From NCBI GenBank assembly GCA_001938485.1, contig MQRK01246496.1:1-57682 (forward strand): a stretch of DNA of 57,682 nt, read 5' to 3'. The notes under the pieces are model-generated. The model did no database searches. It was not told where the DNA came from and saw nothing but the letters and a program-made list of their open reading frames with translations. Positions 1-13,860 of this stretch are shown one piece after another. Source of the stretch: Girardia tigrina. Lineage: Eukaryota. The position numbers and the translations under genes are program-made. Positions within the stretch are counted from its first letter, which is position 1. Each line of letters starts with the position of its first letter.

Positions 1-354
1 ATATTTTTAATCAATTATTTAAAATTCATTATTTCCCAATTAATTTCATTTAAGTTTTTTTTTACTCTTCAAATAAAATTTGATTATTCTCGAAACTAAC
101 TTTTTAAAATTAATTACGAAATATTTTTAAATTATAAATAATTAGACAACTTTTGATTTTAAATATTTACTTATTTCAAATATTATCTATAAAAATTATT
201 TATTCAAAAATTTGATGGTATGAGCTTTTCACATAAGTCCCTCACAATAAAATTTTCAAACTCACGCTTCACTGATGCCAAGTCGCTTTGTCGGATTAGT
301 CATATAGGCCAGGCCAAATTATGATTATATTATTAAGTTTCAGTTAATCAATTG

Positions 355-420
355 GATGAACAGTCCGGGGATGAACCGCCCGCTTAGATGAAACGTCCGG
401 GGATGAACAGTCCTAGAACC
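355..420. repeat. Imperfect GGATGAAC-type tandem ending CCTAGAACC; probable terminus of a foldback/MITE family (same terminus at ~34560-34645)
   Basis: ggatgaacagtccgggg motif repeated; terminal cctagaacc shared with ~34637-34645. Confidence 0.4.
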
Positions 421-1879
421 TTAAATATATATTCTAAATTTAAATTTTAGATTAAAAGATTGATTAAGACAAACCAAAAAACATATCATTTTCATAAGCA
501 ATTGGAAGAACTTTTTTTACTATGTACAGAAATATATGCCTTTGTTTGATATGTCCCGCTACAGTTACTTTACCCAAAAAAAGAAATCATGAAAAACATT
601 TTCTAGTTTAAATATAAAACCGAGGAAATTGATCAATTCACAAAAATAAAACGAAAAAAGAATTAATATTATTTTTGAAACATTTAAATATTTTAAAAGT
701 ACTTTTTGATAATTTTTTGTTTTAATTGTTTTTTATTTTTCATTAATTTCGTTAGCATTTGGAATATCGGCTCTAATTTTCAATCAGTTCTGAAAAACTA
801 TTTGCTTTTGACTTGAAGAAATAATTATTTTTTTAATTGGTATAAATTGTTTTTATAATTGTTTTTTTAAATAAGTTATATTTTCGTAGATTTTAATATC
901 AAATTTATAAAATTTTTAATTCAATTAAATCATTAGTTTCAAAATTATAATTTAATAAACTGGTTGTTTTCAAAAGTTTTGAAACTTGAAAAATTGTATT
1001 TTTTTTCAAAACTATTACATTTATTGTGAAGGAAAAAAATTATATATTTCGGATATTTATTATAAATTAATGAGAAATAGATTTTACAAAGAATTAAGAA
1101 AAGATTTAAAAGAATAGTTTTAATAAAAAGACATAAAAATGTAAAAAAGTGTTTTTAATTCTCATCCTTTACCGAAAAAAAATATATAAAATTTACAAAT
1201 CAGGTTTTTTCACCTAATAATCCATTTTTTATCTTTGTATTTATATTGGTGAAAGTAATATTTCTTCTCGCAAAGCTGCTTTTGTTTCTGTCAATATGAT
1301 CTTAAGTTTAAGCCATAAAAGCAACTGTGGAAATTATTAATTTAAAATAATAAATAAATTAATTATTCAAAAAAAATAAATATAAAAAAAATTATAAGAC
1401 TATATATAATTATATGTTTATGTATTAATAATTATATATAAATTATAAAAAATTTATAAATAAAGAACAGATACGAGATTGCCCCAATTTAATTTTAATT
1501 AATATAATCTACAGTTTCACTTACGTAATTAGTAACATTACTGCTTTTTTATTATTTACAAGCATTCTTCAAGATTATCGAGTTACCATTTCGTGACCGC
1601 TGGGAACGCAACACTAGGCCTTTCGAATTTCCACTGGCAATTATTAAAAATTTTCTCTGTTCTAATTTTTCTCATTTTGGCAATATTTTTGTTAACTCGC
1701 AATGCTTTTCTTTAGACAGTTGCAAATTTATTTTAGATTGATTATTAAATGAATTCAGGAGTTTCATTAATTCTAGACAAATAAAAATGTGAAAGGTAGT
1801 TAATTTTAAACAACTAAAAATTTTGTTTTTCCTTAAAATTATTGTCAACACATTTTGGACGAAGGACAACATATATTTT

Positions 1880-2295
1880 GATAATATAATAGCAATAGTA
1901 GTCTCAAAAAACATTTAAATTGGACAAGAAAGACGTACTTTTTCTTATTAACTATGGTCTTCGTAATTCATTTGCAGTAAAACACATGTTTAAATGTCAA
2001 AATAATACAAGATATGAATATATTTCTTCTTGAGGTGGTAAGAAATTAACTTAGTCCTGAAGAAGAAGAGTCTACAGATTTAGAAAGAAATGTACCAGGC
2101 ACTAAAGATCACTCTCAAAATTTTTCAGATAGTATGAAACAACACAACCCTGTACAACTTCCATGAACAAAAAACAAAGATTGCCTCACAATACAAGTGC
2201 AAATATTAAAGGCAAAAGAAGTGAAATTCACTAAATTTGTAAAATTTTTAGTGTTTCGCTTCACTTAGTTAAACGCTTAACTAAATATCATAGTT
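1880..2295 (+). pseudogene. Decayed piggyBac-like transposase C-terminus
   Basis: Fragments KHLNWTRKTYFF and KGKRSEIH*ICKIFSVSLHL..KYH resemble the piggyBac KW(Y)KK motif and C-terminal Cys-rich domain; multiple stops. Confidence 0.35.
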
Positions 2296-3249
2296 TGAAA
2301 ATGTTTTAGATCCAACAAAAGTTTTAATTTATATGTAAAATGAGTTCCGTAATTGACGTAAAAATTATATTAAATAAAAAACATTTTACATTCTTAAAAC
2401 TGTAATTTCTTCGTAAAAACATAAACCACATAAAGTAGGCTAATATAAAATAGCACATTGGTAAAATGGCATTATTAGCTCTTCTGAAGGCTTCAGTTCT
2501 TGTGTCAATTAGTAAGTATGGAGACAGTTCTTCTGTAAGCATACACTGCATAGAAATTCTCGAAACTTCTAATTTTTATACACGACACCGAATTAGTGTT
2601 CCTAGACTTTTATCCACACTTTCATACACTGCTTCAATGTGGACATTTGAACAACTTGTTTTGAATTATCAGTATGTTTAGAATCACCACTTGATTCAGT
2701 CTCTCAGAAAGTTTCAATTACTCTTTTGAAATTAGGCGAAAACAAATATTAATATTTCAACCCTATTCTGTGCGAAATTTTCATTATGCTTGAAATTTTT
2801 TTCAATGAAGAAAACTCGTTGTTCTCTCGTGTAATATTTTATTTTCTACTACGCTTCATATTAACTTCACTCGTCTGTTTTTTTCTTTGTGTGTTTAATA
2901 AATCTCGAAAACGATTGTTTACCCACTTCTTGTCGCCCGATTGTGTTAGAGTTCTGTACCTTTGAGTAATCCAAGTATCAACAAGAATCAATTAAAGGAT
3001 TTACTTACTAATTGATAAATTGTTTTTGTTAAAATAATGTTAAGCGTTAATCTAAAAATTTGTTCATACTGTAATTAAACTGTACTATTAATTTAAATAT
3101 AAAAATACATTACTAAAAATATTGTCCATCGCTTGCTACTACTTTTTCACATCTATTGGGTAGTAGAGGAATACCCCATAAAAAGAGCTTCAACAATATT
3201 ATTTATTTTATGTATGTTTCCATATAGTGTGCTAGTTTAGTGCCTTTTG

Positions 3250-3290
3250 TGACCTGATGATGGGAGTATTATTTTCTCGAAACTCATCAT
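3250..3290 (+). ncRNA. Minimal type-I hammerhead ribozyme-like core (probably Penelope-derived, degenerate)
   Basis: CTGATGA at 3254-3260, GGGAG...TTCTC stem II, GAAAC at 3279-3283; stems I and III poor. Confidence 0.4.
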
Positions 3291-3539
3291 TTTATTTTTA
3301 TACTTTGTATATTAGCTTTCATCCTTAAAAGTCTCTCAACCCGACACGAATTTTCACGAGTCAAACACGAACCTAACCCGACTGTATTTTATAACAAATC
3401 GAATTAAGAAGAATGTAAATTAATCTTTATTGGATAATAAATTATCAATCTTCTGAAAATGATGGGAGTCCTATAGAAGACCTCATAAAAAGCATTTTAT
3501 CTAGGATCGTTGGTGAAAATCGAACACGTCTTTTATTTA

Positions 3540-4851
3540 TTAGTTCATACCAGAAAGAATGAGACTTTTGAAATGTCAATATCATTTTTAACGAGCAATG
3601 TTAAAAAAAACAACCCTGTGCAATACATTCATTCATAATCACCATTCTTCTTTATAACATTAGAGAGGCATTGTATCAGTTTTCCTATCTCAGATGACCA
3701 TCGATCAGCAGAAATATTTTTCAGTTCTGATGTAATGAATTGATGTAACTCATCTGCAGATTGAAAATTGGTTTTGTGTCGCTGATCTTCCAAGCAAGGG
3801 TGAATAAAGCGATCCAAGATGTTATATTCAGGGGAACATGGTGATTGACGGAGGAAGGTAGCAATCCTGTTTGCGAGAAACATGGACGTCACTTTGGAAA
3901 CATGAGGCCTTGCGTTGTCTTGCACGAAAATCATGTTTCTCCAGTTGAGTGGAAACTAAACTTCTTCTCCATATTAACAAGAAAAGTGACATAGCGCTCG
4001 CTATTCATACTTTCTCTCTCTTGCAGTAGTTTGCAATGATATTTTCCAGTGAAGGACACTGCGATGACAGACATGATTTTTCTGTCAAACTGGCTACGCT
4101 TCACGACATGAATGGGTTTACTGTGATCACCATCAGGGGAGACCCAGCTACGGTTGCTTCTTTTCTTGCCAACAGTTCTTATGTAAAACCACTTCTCATA
4201 CACCATCACAATATGTTCATGTTGGTATTTGCTTTTCAAAATTTTCAACCATTCCTTTGCAGCAGTGACACGATTTGATCATTTGACATCTTTTGATCAT
4301 TTGAAAATGCATGAGGAACCCACTTATAGGCAACAGACCGAAAGCCCAATTGGTCACTCACAATACACTGAATGGTTCCATAGCTGATGTCTCATCTTCA
4401 ATTTCATCAATGGTCACTGCACCATTGCCGTTAATAATTCCAGAGACCAACAAAATATTTTCAGGGGTTGCTTTGTTGATTTTCTCCCGCAGTTTTCCCA
4501 AGCAAAAGAGGTCTTGTCATTGTCAAATTCAGTTATCCACCGATGCACTGTAGATTCTCCAACACTGTCAGCACCATGAATAGAGATAATTTCCTGATAA
4601 ATTTCACTTCCCATTATGCCGAGTGAATAACGGGAGAAGGTATAGAAATGAAGATTTTTTCGATTTTCCGCCATCATACAGACAAATAAATCAAGCAATA
4701 TTCAAACAAGTATTCAATAAATATTTTCTGTCAATATTTTTTTAACTATTACATATTTTTACTCTTTATATACTGCGCAAGTAATGTTTGCCTTTACAGA
4801 TCACAAACATAGAAATATAACATCATTCTCACTCTTTCTGGTATGAACAAA
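3540..4851 (-). mobile_element. Mariner (DD34D) transposon, frameshifted
   Basis: TIRs tt(a/t)gttcataccagaaaga(a/g)tgag at both ends with TA flanks; ORF pieces 4414-4698, 3931-4248, 3629-3934 with HTH, EKWFY and DNARPH-34aa-D motifs. Confidence 0.9.
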
Positions 4852-5249
4852 TATTATAAAACCAGCTTCGTAGAACGCTCTCTCCGATGTTGCAAAAGAA
4901 GCAGGTTCGCTAAAAATAAGTCAAAAGACTCGAGACAATTGAAGACTCGGTACTTCCACCAATGATGCATTGAAGAATTAAAGCTAAGTCTTATAAGTGA
5001 TTGCTGGCACACTGGTACTACAAATTCCTCTCTGCATACAGTATTCGGATAAATTTCAGACACTTTTGCTGAGAGACGAAGTACAACTCAATCTATATTC
5101 CCTAGGAATACTTTACGGAAGTATGTGTGACTGACTTTCACAGAGATCTCTCATTTTATATAAGATGGGCATTCCAACTAAAGAGAATAGCCCCCTCCCC
5201 TACGGGGTCATCAGCCTTCCGCTTACAAACTCTCGTCGGTCTCCTGTAA

Positions 5250-6870
5250 AAAACCTCCAACCATGTTTGGATGTTCAATGGTTTTGTATTTCTCTGGCTG
5301 ATCTTGAGAACTTAGAACAGTCGGTGAAATACGTTTGAAATTTCATTTTTTTGAATAATCAGTCTATTGAAAACTAGCAACTTCTGAAGAAATCGTCTCA
5401 GAAAGATTCTTTGAGTAGTTCTCACCTACGGTCGATACCTGAATGTAGCTGATAAAAGATGGTTTGTCTTCCTTCATAGTTTCTGATTTTCTTTATGATT
5501 TATGTCTCTTCTGCTGGATTGATGTTATTTGTGTTGATACTTCTGTTGTTTTGTGATCGTTTTGGTAGTGTCTCGTCAGCCATTCTGGAATTGAATAACT
5601 CTTTGAGAATAGCTGGTATCAGTACAACGTTTGATGTTAATCTTGTTTTGTGTTATACTGGTCATTGCGAATATTTCGGTTAAATTATTTTTCGTCGGCA
5701 AACTTTTTGTAGCAGTTCTTGTTGTGGCATTGAATTAAATTCATTCTCTGGTTGATTAGTTTTGGAAGGTTGGCTGTGGTTTTTCCTGTAGTTCTCCTTA
5801 CTTCGAATATTATATTTAGCATATATCGCATTCCGAATCGAGCACCATCCTGTCTGGAAAGTTTAAGGCAGTTATTTCTTTGAAGGTGGTTGTTTCTCCG
5901 AGCAGCTATTCCACATCGATCTACAAACATTCTTTTTGCACTGCCAATCTCAATTAGAATTTTCTTATTTCTGATCGTTGCTGGTCTTAGGTCTCTCCTT
6001 TCTTATACATTCTGTGATATCTAAATCGCTTGTGGCGTCTACTGAAAATAACAAATTCTGAAACCCATTCGATTTTTATAAATCATTATTTTGTTTCTGC
6101 AACATTGATCTTCATTCTATGGAGACAAACACATTATCTAGAATCTTTAAATTAGCCATCAGCTGATTGTAATCATTGTAAATCAAGCATAAGGCATCTT
6201 CATAAGCGAGATAAATTATGAACACAGGTCCTTCGTTAGTTGTACACTCCCACCCATATCTTCGTCTTCTATTTTTAGTTCTCTTTCAAACACCTCATTA
6301 AATATGATTGGATCCAGCACACAACTTTGTATTACACATTTTTTTCATAATAAATGTGTCCATTTCAATTCATCCTTCAAAATTTATATGAAATTGTCTG
6401 AGTAGGTTTAATCTCTTTTCACGAATTCCAATATTTTCAAGAGTAGCCCATAGGATGTTCCTAGATACACTGTCAAAAGTTTTTTTTCAAGTCTATGAAT
6501 AATACAAAAATATCTCTATCATTGCATCTGGTACTTGTAGTTTTTTTAAGTATGCCAATATTATGAACCGTACTCTGTTAAGTTCTGAAACCATATTGGC
6601 ATTTGTCCATGCGTCTGTCTAATACAAATATAAGTCTGTTGAGGTCCTATATCGCTCCTGTTACTTTGTCCAAGTTTATCACTTTAGATTTGCTTCATGT
6701 TGTATGAAAGCTTTCTTTACTTATCCATATCGCTTCCAAACTTTCAGTGACTTTCTAATATAAATCAGTTTTACGCTATGTGTATAATTTCGAGATAATC
6801 ACTTCTTCGACAACCGGTGGCTGATTTATTTGATCTACCACCTCTCCAAGTTCCCCAATAATATTGATAA
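5250..6870 (-). mobile_element. Non-LTR retrotransposon (LINE, RTE/CR1-like) RT remnant
   Basis: Minus-strand fragments QYGFR, FIDLKKTFDSVSRNILW, VIQSCVLDPIIFN and LAYED match non-LTR RT motifs (FIDxxKAFD, GVxQGCxLSP, YADD). Confidence 0.75.
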
Positions 6871-7869
6871 CTTCTTTGTCGTTCCAATTAAATTTATTGT
6901 ATAACATAAATATAATGTTCTCTCTTTTTGTTCTAGAACTTAAATTTTTAATATTTAAACTATTGTAACCTTTTTAATTTCTTTTAAAGTTAAAATACCG
7001 TTTCAAGAAAACCTTAAATGATGGTAAATATTTTGATTGCACTTTTTAATTATCATTTTGTTAATTAAGATTTGGCAAGGTTAAAATGTTGATTTTCATG
7101 TCAATTAATTATTCAATTATAATTTATCATCTATTTAGTACAAAAAGTAATTACTATCAACTAAAGTTACAAAAATGATTATTATCAATTCATACCTTCA
7201 GTTTGTTTTCAACATCAATCATTTTAATTTGATCATCAAATAAACCATCTATTCAGGAAGTGCTACTGACATTATGCTTTTTTACTAATTGTAGATTTTA
7301 ATTTAAATATTTTTTGAAATTCTGTTTATCAGTTTAATTATTAGGGTTACTTTAATAATTATAAATATTATTTTACCATTTTTTTAAAAAATAAATTTTC
7401 ATTTATAATTTGTAAAATCATTTTAATTTTTTGAAAATATTAAGATGGAGAAAATGAAATCCATTTCAAGACTATTAACATTTTTCTCACAATCTGATTT
7501 TGATAAATATGTACCATTTTAAAGGTCTGATACATCATAAAAACTCTGGTTTCTGATAAGAGAAAACTCAACTAAACTGTTTTCCCAATCATCTATTGAT
7601 TTCAATTTCTTATTACTGAGAAAATTTTGAAATTATAAAACAATGGCAATCGCTATTTGGTATATAAGTTTCTAGAGAGTCACTTTATATCTACTGGGAT
7701 TGGTGTTGTCCTTTTTACAATTAAAACTTTTACTTTCCGCGAATTCTTTTTGTTTCCCATTGTTTAGAGAAAAGATTCAAATTTATTGTTTGGTTTTTTA
7801 AAAGCAACTAATTATAGAGGATTTCTTTCCCGTCCCATTTAATATAAAGCAAAACCTTAATGACGGTTA

Positions 7870-7962
7870 GTTCTGGTTTTGGAACGTTTGAACCGCTTCC
7901 CTGTGCTTTAACTACGAAAGTTTTCTGACAATATTGTACATAGTGTAGTGACTAACATGGTC
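7870..7962. repeat. ~93-bp segment, inverted copy at ~9646-9740
   Basis: gttctggttttggaacg...gtgactaacatggtc is the near-identical reverse complement of gaccatgttagtcac...ccaaaaccagaac. Confidence 0.85.
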
Positions 7963-7986
7963 CCATATAAATAATATATAAAAATT

Positions 7987-7989
<3 letters not shown>

Positions 7990-8035
<46 letters not shown>

Positions 8036-8133
8036 NNNNNNNNNNNNNNNNNNNNNNNNNNNNNNNNNNNNNNNNNNNNNNNNNNNNNNNNNNNNNNNNN
8101 NNNNNNNNNNNNNNNNNNNNNNNNNNNNNNNNN

Positions 8134-8164
<31 letters not shown>
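7990..8164. repeat. (TA)n microsatellite spanning an assembly gap
   Basis: Direct observation. Confidence 0.95.
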
Positions 8165-8167
<3 letters not shown>

Positions 8168-8177
8168 GATGTATTTG

Positions 8178-8975
8178 TGTAATTACAGAATTCTTGTATT
8201 CGGCAACCATTTTATCGAATTCGTGAAATTGGCAACAGTTTGCTAAATAGTGTAATTGCCGAATTTATCAACTAGTTAATTTTTGCTGAATTCACTAACT
8301 ATATGAAAAATTTTCATTTTAAAATGAAAATTTCTCAATTCAAAATGAAAGATTGCGTAATATTATGAAGAAATATCAATTTAATATGAAAAAATGTATT
8401 TAATAAGAAAAATATGTATGAAAATAATATCAATTTAATTCGAAAAAATATCAATTTAATTCGAAAAAATATCAATTTAATTCGAAAAAATATCAATTTA
8501 ATTCGAAAAAATATCTATTTAATATAAAAATTCTGTATTTAATATGACAAAATTATGAATTTATCATGAGAAATTATCAATTTAATATGAAAAAAATAAA
8601 TTAAATATGAAATTTTTTTAATTTATTATGCAAAATAGACTGCAAATGTTAAATTTTATTTATTGTTAATTAAACTTCTTCCTTCGGGGTAAGCTGAATT
8701 GCAAACGTTTGTATTCTAAAAGTTTTTCTTATTAAATCGATATTTTTTCAAATTAAATTGATTTTTTGCATATAAAATTGATATTTTTTTCGCATTAAAT
8801 TGATAATTTTTCATATTAAACTGATATTTTTCATATTAAATTGATATGTTTTCGTATTAAATACATAATTTTCTTATTAAATCGATATTTTTCAAATTAA
8901 ATATTAATATCAATTTCATAATTGAATTAAAAAATTTTTTAAAAAAATTGCTGAGTTCGTGAATTCGGTATAACA
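8178..8975. mobile_element. Foldback/MITE-like element with TGT...ACA ends and internal ~21-bp tandem (atcaatttaattcgaaaaaat)
   Basis: Imperfect TIR tgtaattacagaattc..ggcaa versus ttgctgag..gaattcggtataaca; tandem units at ~8428-8520 mirrored at ~8730-8900. Confidence 0.6.
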
Positions 8976-10540
8976 CACACACACACACACACACATATAT
9001 GAATTAGTAAATAAATAGATTTCCTTTGGATTTATTTTTGTGTCAGTTTATCAATTTTCCCATTTATCTCATCTTCCAGAAGATATTATTAAATTTGCCT
9101 GTAACAAACCTTAATTAATTTCAATCCCAGTCCCAATTCCTCGAATTCCATCCTCGACCGTCATCATCATCTTTATTCAATAAAAACAATTCCACAAAAC
9201 CATACAAACGATTCCTATGCAAAGAATCTCGAGCTCAATCAACAAATTCAATTGTAATACTAATCATCCGACGCTACGATAAAATCAAGCATAACTTGTT
9301 GATATTCAAAGCCATTATTCTTTCTATGTGTATATCTACTTGTTAGTATATTATTTTATTATATAGTTCGTTATATTAAAATTTATTTTTTATATTTTTA
9401 TATATCAGCATTACTCGATAAAAGAGTTCACTGAAACATCCGTTTCATTTAGCTTTTTTCACATAGTATTAAATATAGTGTTTGACCCATTTCGCAAATC
9501 TGGTCACCGTCTGTTAAGAAATGGGTCAATCGTGTTTCGTTTGTTCAAGACTTAGCAGATGGATATTCGGTCTATCGTATAACTCTCAAATAATGAACAT
9601 TTAAAAAAATGTTTTTTTATAGATGGTTTTAAACTATTTGTTGCTGACCATGTTAGTCACTACACTATGTATAATATTGTCAGAAAACTTTCGTAGTTAA
9701 AGCATTAGGGAAGCGGTTAAAACGTTCCAAAACCAGAACTGATGCTAACAATGCTAATATTTCTAACATTGTATATTTTTTATTAGTTCAATGTTTTTAT
9801 TGATATTTTCGATAACAGTTTGTTTTTTTTGTATTTTCCATTCTTTTTATTAACTTACTTTCTATATATATATGGAATTTAGAAACCTATTTTTGAAGGC
9901 ATTTTACTCAATCGATTTTCTTCAAACTTTGCACACGTACTTATTCTCGGTGACAATAAATGATTGTGTAAATATTTGATCGAAAACATCTTTTAAAGAT
10001 CCAAAAATGGGAAACAACGAAAAATTCAGAGTTCCCGAACAATATTAATTGCAAGATATCTACTTATAAATTATAAGTAGTTTATATTAATTTTTAATGT
10101 TTTTTTAATTAAAATTTTAAAAAACTTTGTTGGCAAAGTAGAGTTCTGTCTGCATAAATAATGGATGTAAAAATTTAATTTTTGGATTTACTAGTTTGTT
10201 TCTTTGCGTTACTGTGTGAGGGTCATCCTTCACATAAAGAAATTCTTGAATTAAATCTACAAAACCACAATTACGTGTGTTTGGCCTCGACACATTTAAG
10301 GTCATAAGTACCATTCACAATTTTAGTTGTCTGGTTCGCTTTTTGAACTTTATCACAGAAAAAATAACAAAAACAAATAATTATCTTTGCTAACCTTCAT
10401 CTTTTACATAAGATTATAATTACACAAGTTGTGTATAAAACAATATTATAAAACAATATGATGCATATTTGATCAAAATCAGATAATGTAATTCATGTTA
10501 CATAAAATCTTGAAATAAAACTAAAAGTAATAGATTTATT

Positions 10541-11063
10541 TTTACCACGTTTTTATAAACTTCACTTGTTGTCGATCTGTCGGTTTATCCGGGAAAAATC
10601 TTTCAACTGGACTAGCTATCGGGCTGAAATTTTCAGAGTAGATCAAAACCCGAAGACAATGCATGATAAAAATATTTCAAGTTGATCGGACATGTCTAAG
10701 TTGTCATTTTGGCAAAACAGTTTGTATGAAGACAATTTATATGGGTAAATTTTGTATAATAAAATGATTTGAATCTTTGTTTTGATCAAATTTGAATCTC
10801 CGTTGTTGTTAATTAATAATTATTAATAGCTAAAACCAGATTATATCTTACGATATAAATTAATTTTAATTCATCATTTTATTTTATCTTTTTATTGTTA
10901 TAACATTTCTCAATGTGATTACTAAACCAATTTTTCAAATCTTTAATAAATGTTTCGTAAAATTGTATTGTCAGTTATTTAAAAATATTCTTTTATTGCA
11001 GCAGTATTATAAAAAATGTTTTAAGACATCTGAAAGATAATTATTTGTTAATGAAGTGGTAAA
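10541..11063 (+). mobile_element. Helentron-associated (HINE/DINE-like) non-autonomous element
   Basis: Starts TTTTTACCACGTT with ctgtc and ctgaaattt core, same start as the copy at ~33705; partial inverted aagtggtaaaa near 11055. Confidence 0.45.
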
Positions 11064-11351
11064 ATAACTCAGACATAAAATATTGTTGTATCCATAAGAG
11101 TCTCTAAAATTCAAAAATACAATTAGCAAAATTATTAACCCTGAATTAAATTTGAATTTTATTATTATAATTAGTTATATTCTATATTTAATGAAATGTG
11201 GCGACATCTATTGGCGACCACTTATTTGATTTCATCAGAAATATATAAGTCAAATTAAAGAACAACAATTATGACTAAATTGGTTTTGTTTGAACAATTT
11301 AAAGTTAAAATTGAAGTTTAATTTTGATTTTTAACACCAATAATTTTGAAT

Positions 11352-12310
11352 GGTACCACGTTAAAATGTCGAAAAAAACGTCGAATTGTAAAACATCGAA
11401 AAAAAAATTTTAATAAAACATTAATGTGTTATTAAATAAGTGAATAAATGAATAAGTTAATGAAATTTCTAAATATACTTAAATTATTTTTTTGATCACC
11501 GAAAATGAAAATGAACTTACTCTATACGAATTCAGAATTTTCCCATAATCATGATACAAAATTTTATCTTTTATTAAATTTCCTTTTTATTTTACATTTT
11601 CATTTTAACATCTTAACGTACATTTTCATTTCAATTAAAATACATTTTCAAAAAATTATAATTATAATAACATTTTATTTATTTCAACTTAACCGTTTTT
11701 AGATTACATTTAGATTTCGATAGTTACATTTTGTCTCAAAACAATGATATTTTAATTTTAAAATTTATGAAATCATATGATATTTTATTTTTTTATATTT
11801 ATCTTGATGTATCTAGGTGATATATTTTTCGATTAAAAAGAAAGTAAAACGTGATATTATTTTAAAAATATATATTTTTTATTTACAGTTTATAATTACA
11901 ATTAAAAAATTTCCTAGATCAGAGTAAATCTTTAAGTTTTTGATTTTCAATTTCAACTATAAAAAGATTATAAATACCACTTTTACAAAGAAGATTAAAA
12001 GCCTAAACCTTACTTTATGAATTTATATTTTGAATAGTTAGAGAAGTAGATTCTACTTACCCTAAGTGATTTTAGGTATAAAAATATAAAAAATATATAT
12101 TTGGTAATTTGAATCCATCACTTAAAAATTATGGAGAATCACCATTAAGAGAAAATAGAAATATGCGGTTTTTAACGAGAAATTAATAGTTTTTGTTTCG
12201 ATTATTTTTTCGACGTTTTTATTTTCGATGTCTTTTTATTACGTCATTTTTTTCGATGTTTTTTCGACGTCTTTTATTTTCTACGTTTTTTTCGACGTTT
12301 TAACGTGACA
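11352..12310. mobile_element. MITE/foldback with cgacgtt-rich subterminal repeats
   Basis: cacgttaaaatgtcgaaaaaaacgtcg at left and repeated ttttcgacgttttaacgtg at right are inverted. Confidence 0.65.
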
Positions 12311-12759
12311 CGAATTTAACATCAGATCAGACGTATTAACAATTTGTTTATTGATTTTGTATGAGAATGGTTTTATAAAACTATAATGTTGTGTTTCATA
12401 AAGTAAAAACAGATCTTGATTTTGAGATAAAAATATCATAATTTGATGCTGACTGTGTATAATTCTTTAACGTATGGGCTATATGAAATGTACGTTCTAA
12501 ACGTTATGTATACATTTCGATTTAATTACTAGAATAATATAATAAATAAAACTTTTTTAAATATTGTTTTTGTAAATATTTATTCAAATATACATTTTAA
12601 GTATAAAATATGTAATTTTGATAAATATGTAAGGTAAACTAAATCACTACTAAATCACTTATCTATTAAACACCACTAGGAATACCAATTTGATAAAATG
12701 GAGAACGAAATAAAAATATAGATACAGTAACGGAAATAATCTGTCATCTTCTTTTGATG

Positions 12760-13330
12760 GAGCTTTTTTTCAAAATAGATTCCTCTGATATATCTATGAT
12801 GTGACTGAGGGCTTGGAAGTCTGCAATCGTTGGACCTTCATTCATTGTTTCTAACAGACATCACCATTCGTAGACCGTCATGAATAGCCGGCACAGACAG
12901 AATATCAGTAGATTTGTCAACAACATAACTGGCATCGTCTGAATCTGGTACTCTTAGTTGCTTTAGAATGTAAAGAGTAGATGGAATATCTGTAACTGTC
13001 ATAAAGGATGTCCCAAATGATTCCATCATAGGATGTGAGATCTTGAAAATTGTCAGTATTCAATGTTTGAATGCCCTCACGGAAACCGGCATGACAAAAG
13101 CAGTTATAAATGGAATTTGCGGAAATCTCCTCAGCTGTACTCAGCTCTTCATCATGTAAAGAGCATCTAATAAAGACATGCTGAAATTCGTGTTGTTCTG
13201 CAATGCGAGTGGTCTTTTATGAATAAGATACCGTCTGTACTCAGCTTTGAGATTCTGAATCATCTCAGTATCTAGAGGCTGTGTATGCAATGTTGTGTTT
13301 AGGCGAAAGTAGAAGATTGTTGCGTGAGTG
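12760..13330 (-). pseudogene. pogo/Tigger transposase C-terminal fragment
   Basis: Minus strand reads FRLNTTLHTQPLDTEMIQNLKAEYRR and SIYNCFCHAGF, matching DDE_1 family PPNTTSxxQPLD and NCF motifs. Confidence 0.75.
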
Positions 13331-13414
13331 CCATCTTCCAGTTATCTGTCTTCATTTTTAAATTGAACTTTTGCACAAATTCTTGAAATAGTGATGACGT
13401 CACCTAAAAATTCC

Positions 13415-13640
13415 TATATATTTCAGGGGATTTTCCACCATTTTCAGGCTTAATTAATTATGATTATGTAAACATATTATGTAATAAATAATTAAATATT
13501 TTCATTAATGTCCAAACAAGTCTCTTTGTTGAAAACAGATAATTAGTTATTACATAAGATGTTTACATAATCACCAATATACTATAAGACGGCAAAATTG
13601 TTGTTAATTAAGCCTGAAGATGTGAAAAATCCACGAACAA
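13415..13640. mobile_element. Short inverted pair of Penelope-like 3' ends with degenerate hammerhead cores
   Basis: cattaatgtccaaacaagtctc (INVQTS, the Penelope ORF end seen at 42470), gcCTGAAGAtgtg..cacGAAC on +, gcCTGAAAAtggtgg..GAAAtatata on -. Confidence 0.65.
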
Positions 13641-13659
13641 CATCATAATCAAAATTTGT

Positions 13660-13860
13660 CGGATGACACCCATTCAATTCACATAGTTCACCTTGAAAAA
13701 AGTAACATCATCACAGGAGTATGTTACATATAACTGTTAGACAGATTTGAGGTAAGAGCAAAGGCTTATGTAAAGGAAAAAAGTTCTTTTCTACAAAGTC
13801 AACGAACAAATAGGCCGTTGAATTGGAATAATTTTATGAATTTGAAAGCTACTAATTTAG
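13660..13860 (+). pseudogene. Mariner DDE-domain fragment
   Basis: Reads IHIVHLEKSNIITG..LLDRF..KKVLF, mariner catalytic-domain-like. Confidence 0.4.

Noticed and set aside
5190-5215. CTGATGA-CCCC..GGGG hammerhead-like start on the minus strand
   Set aside because: No GAAA core follows.
8428-8520. Regular ~21-bp repeats as a CRISPR-like array
   Set aside because: No spacers, eukaryotic context, and part of a foldback element.
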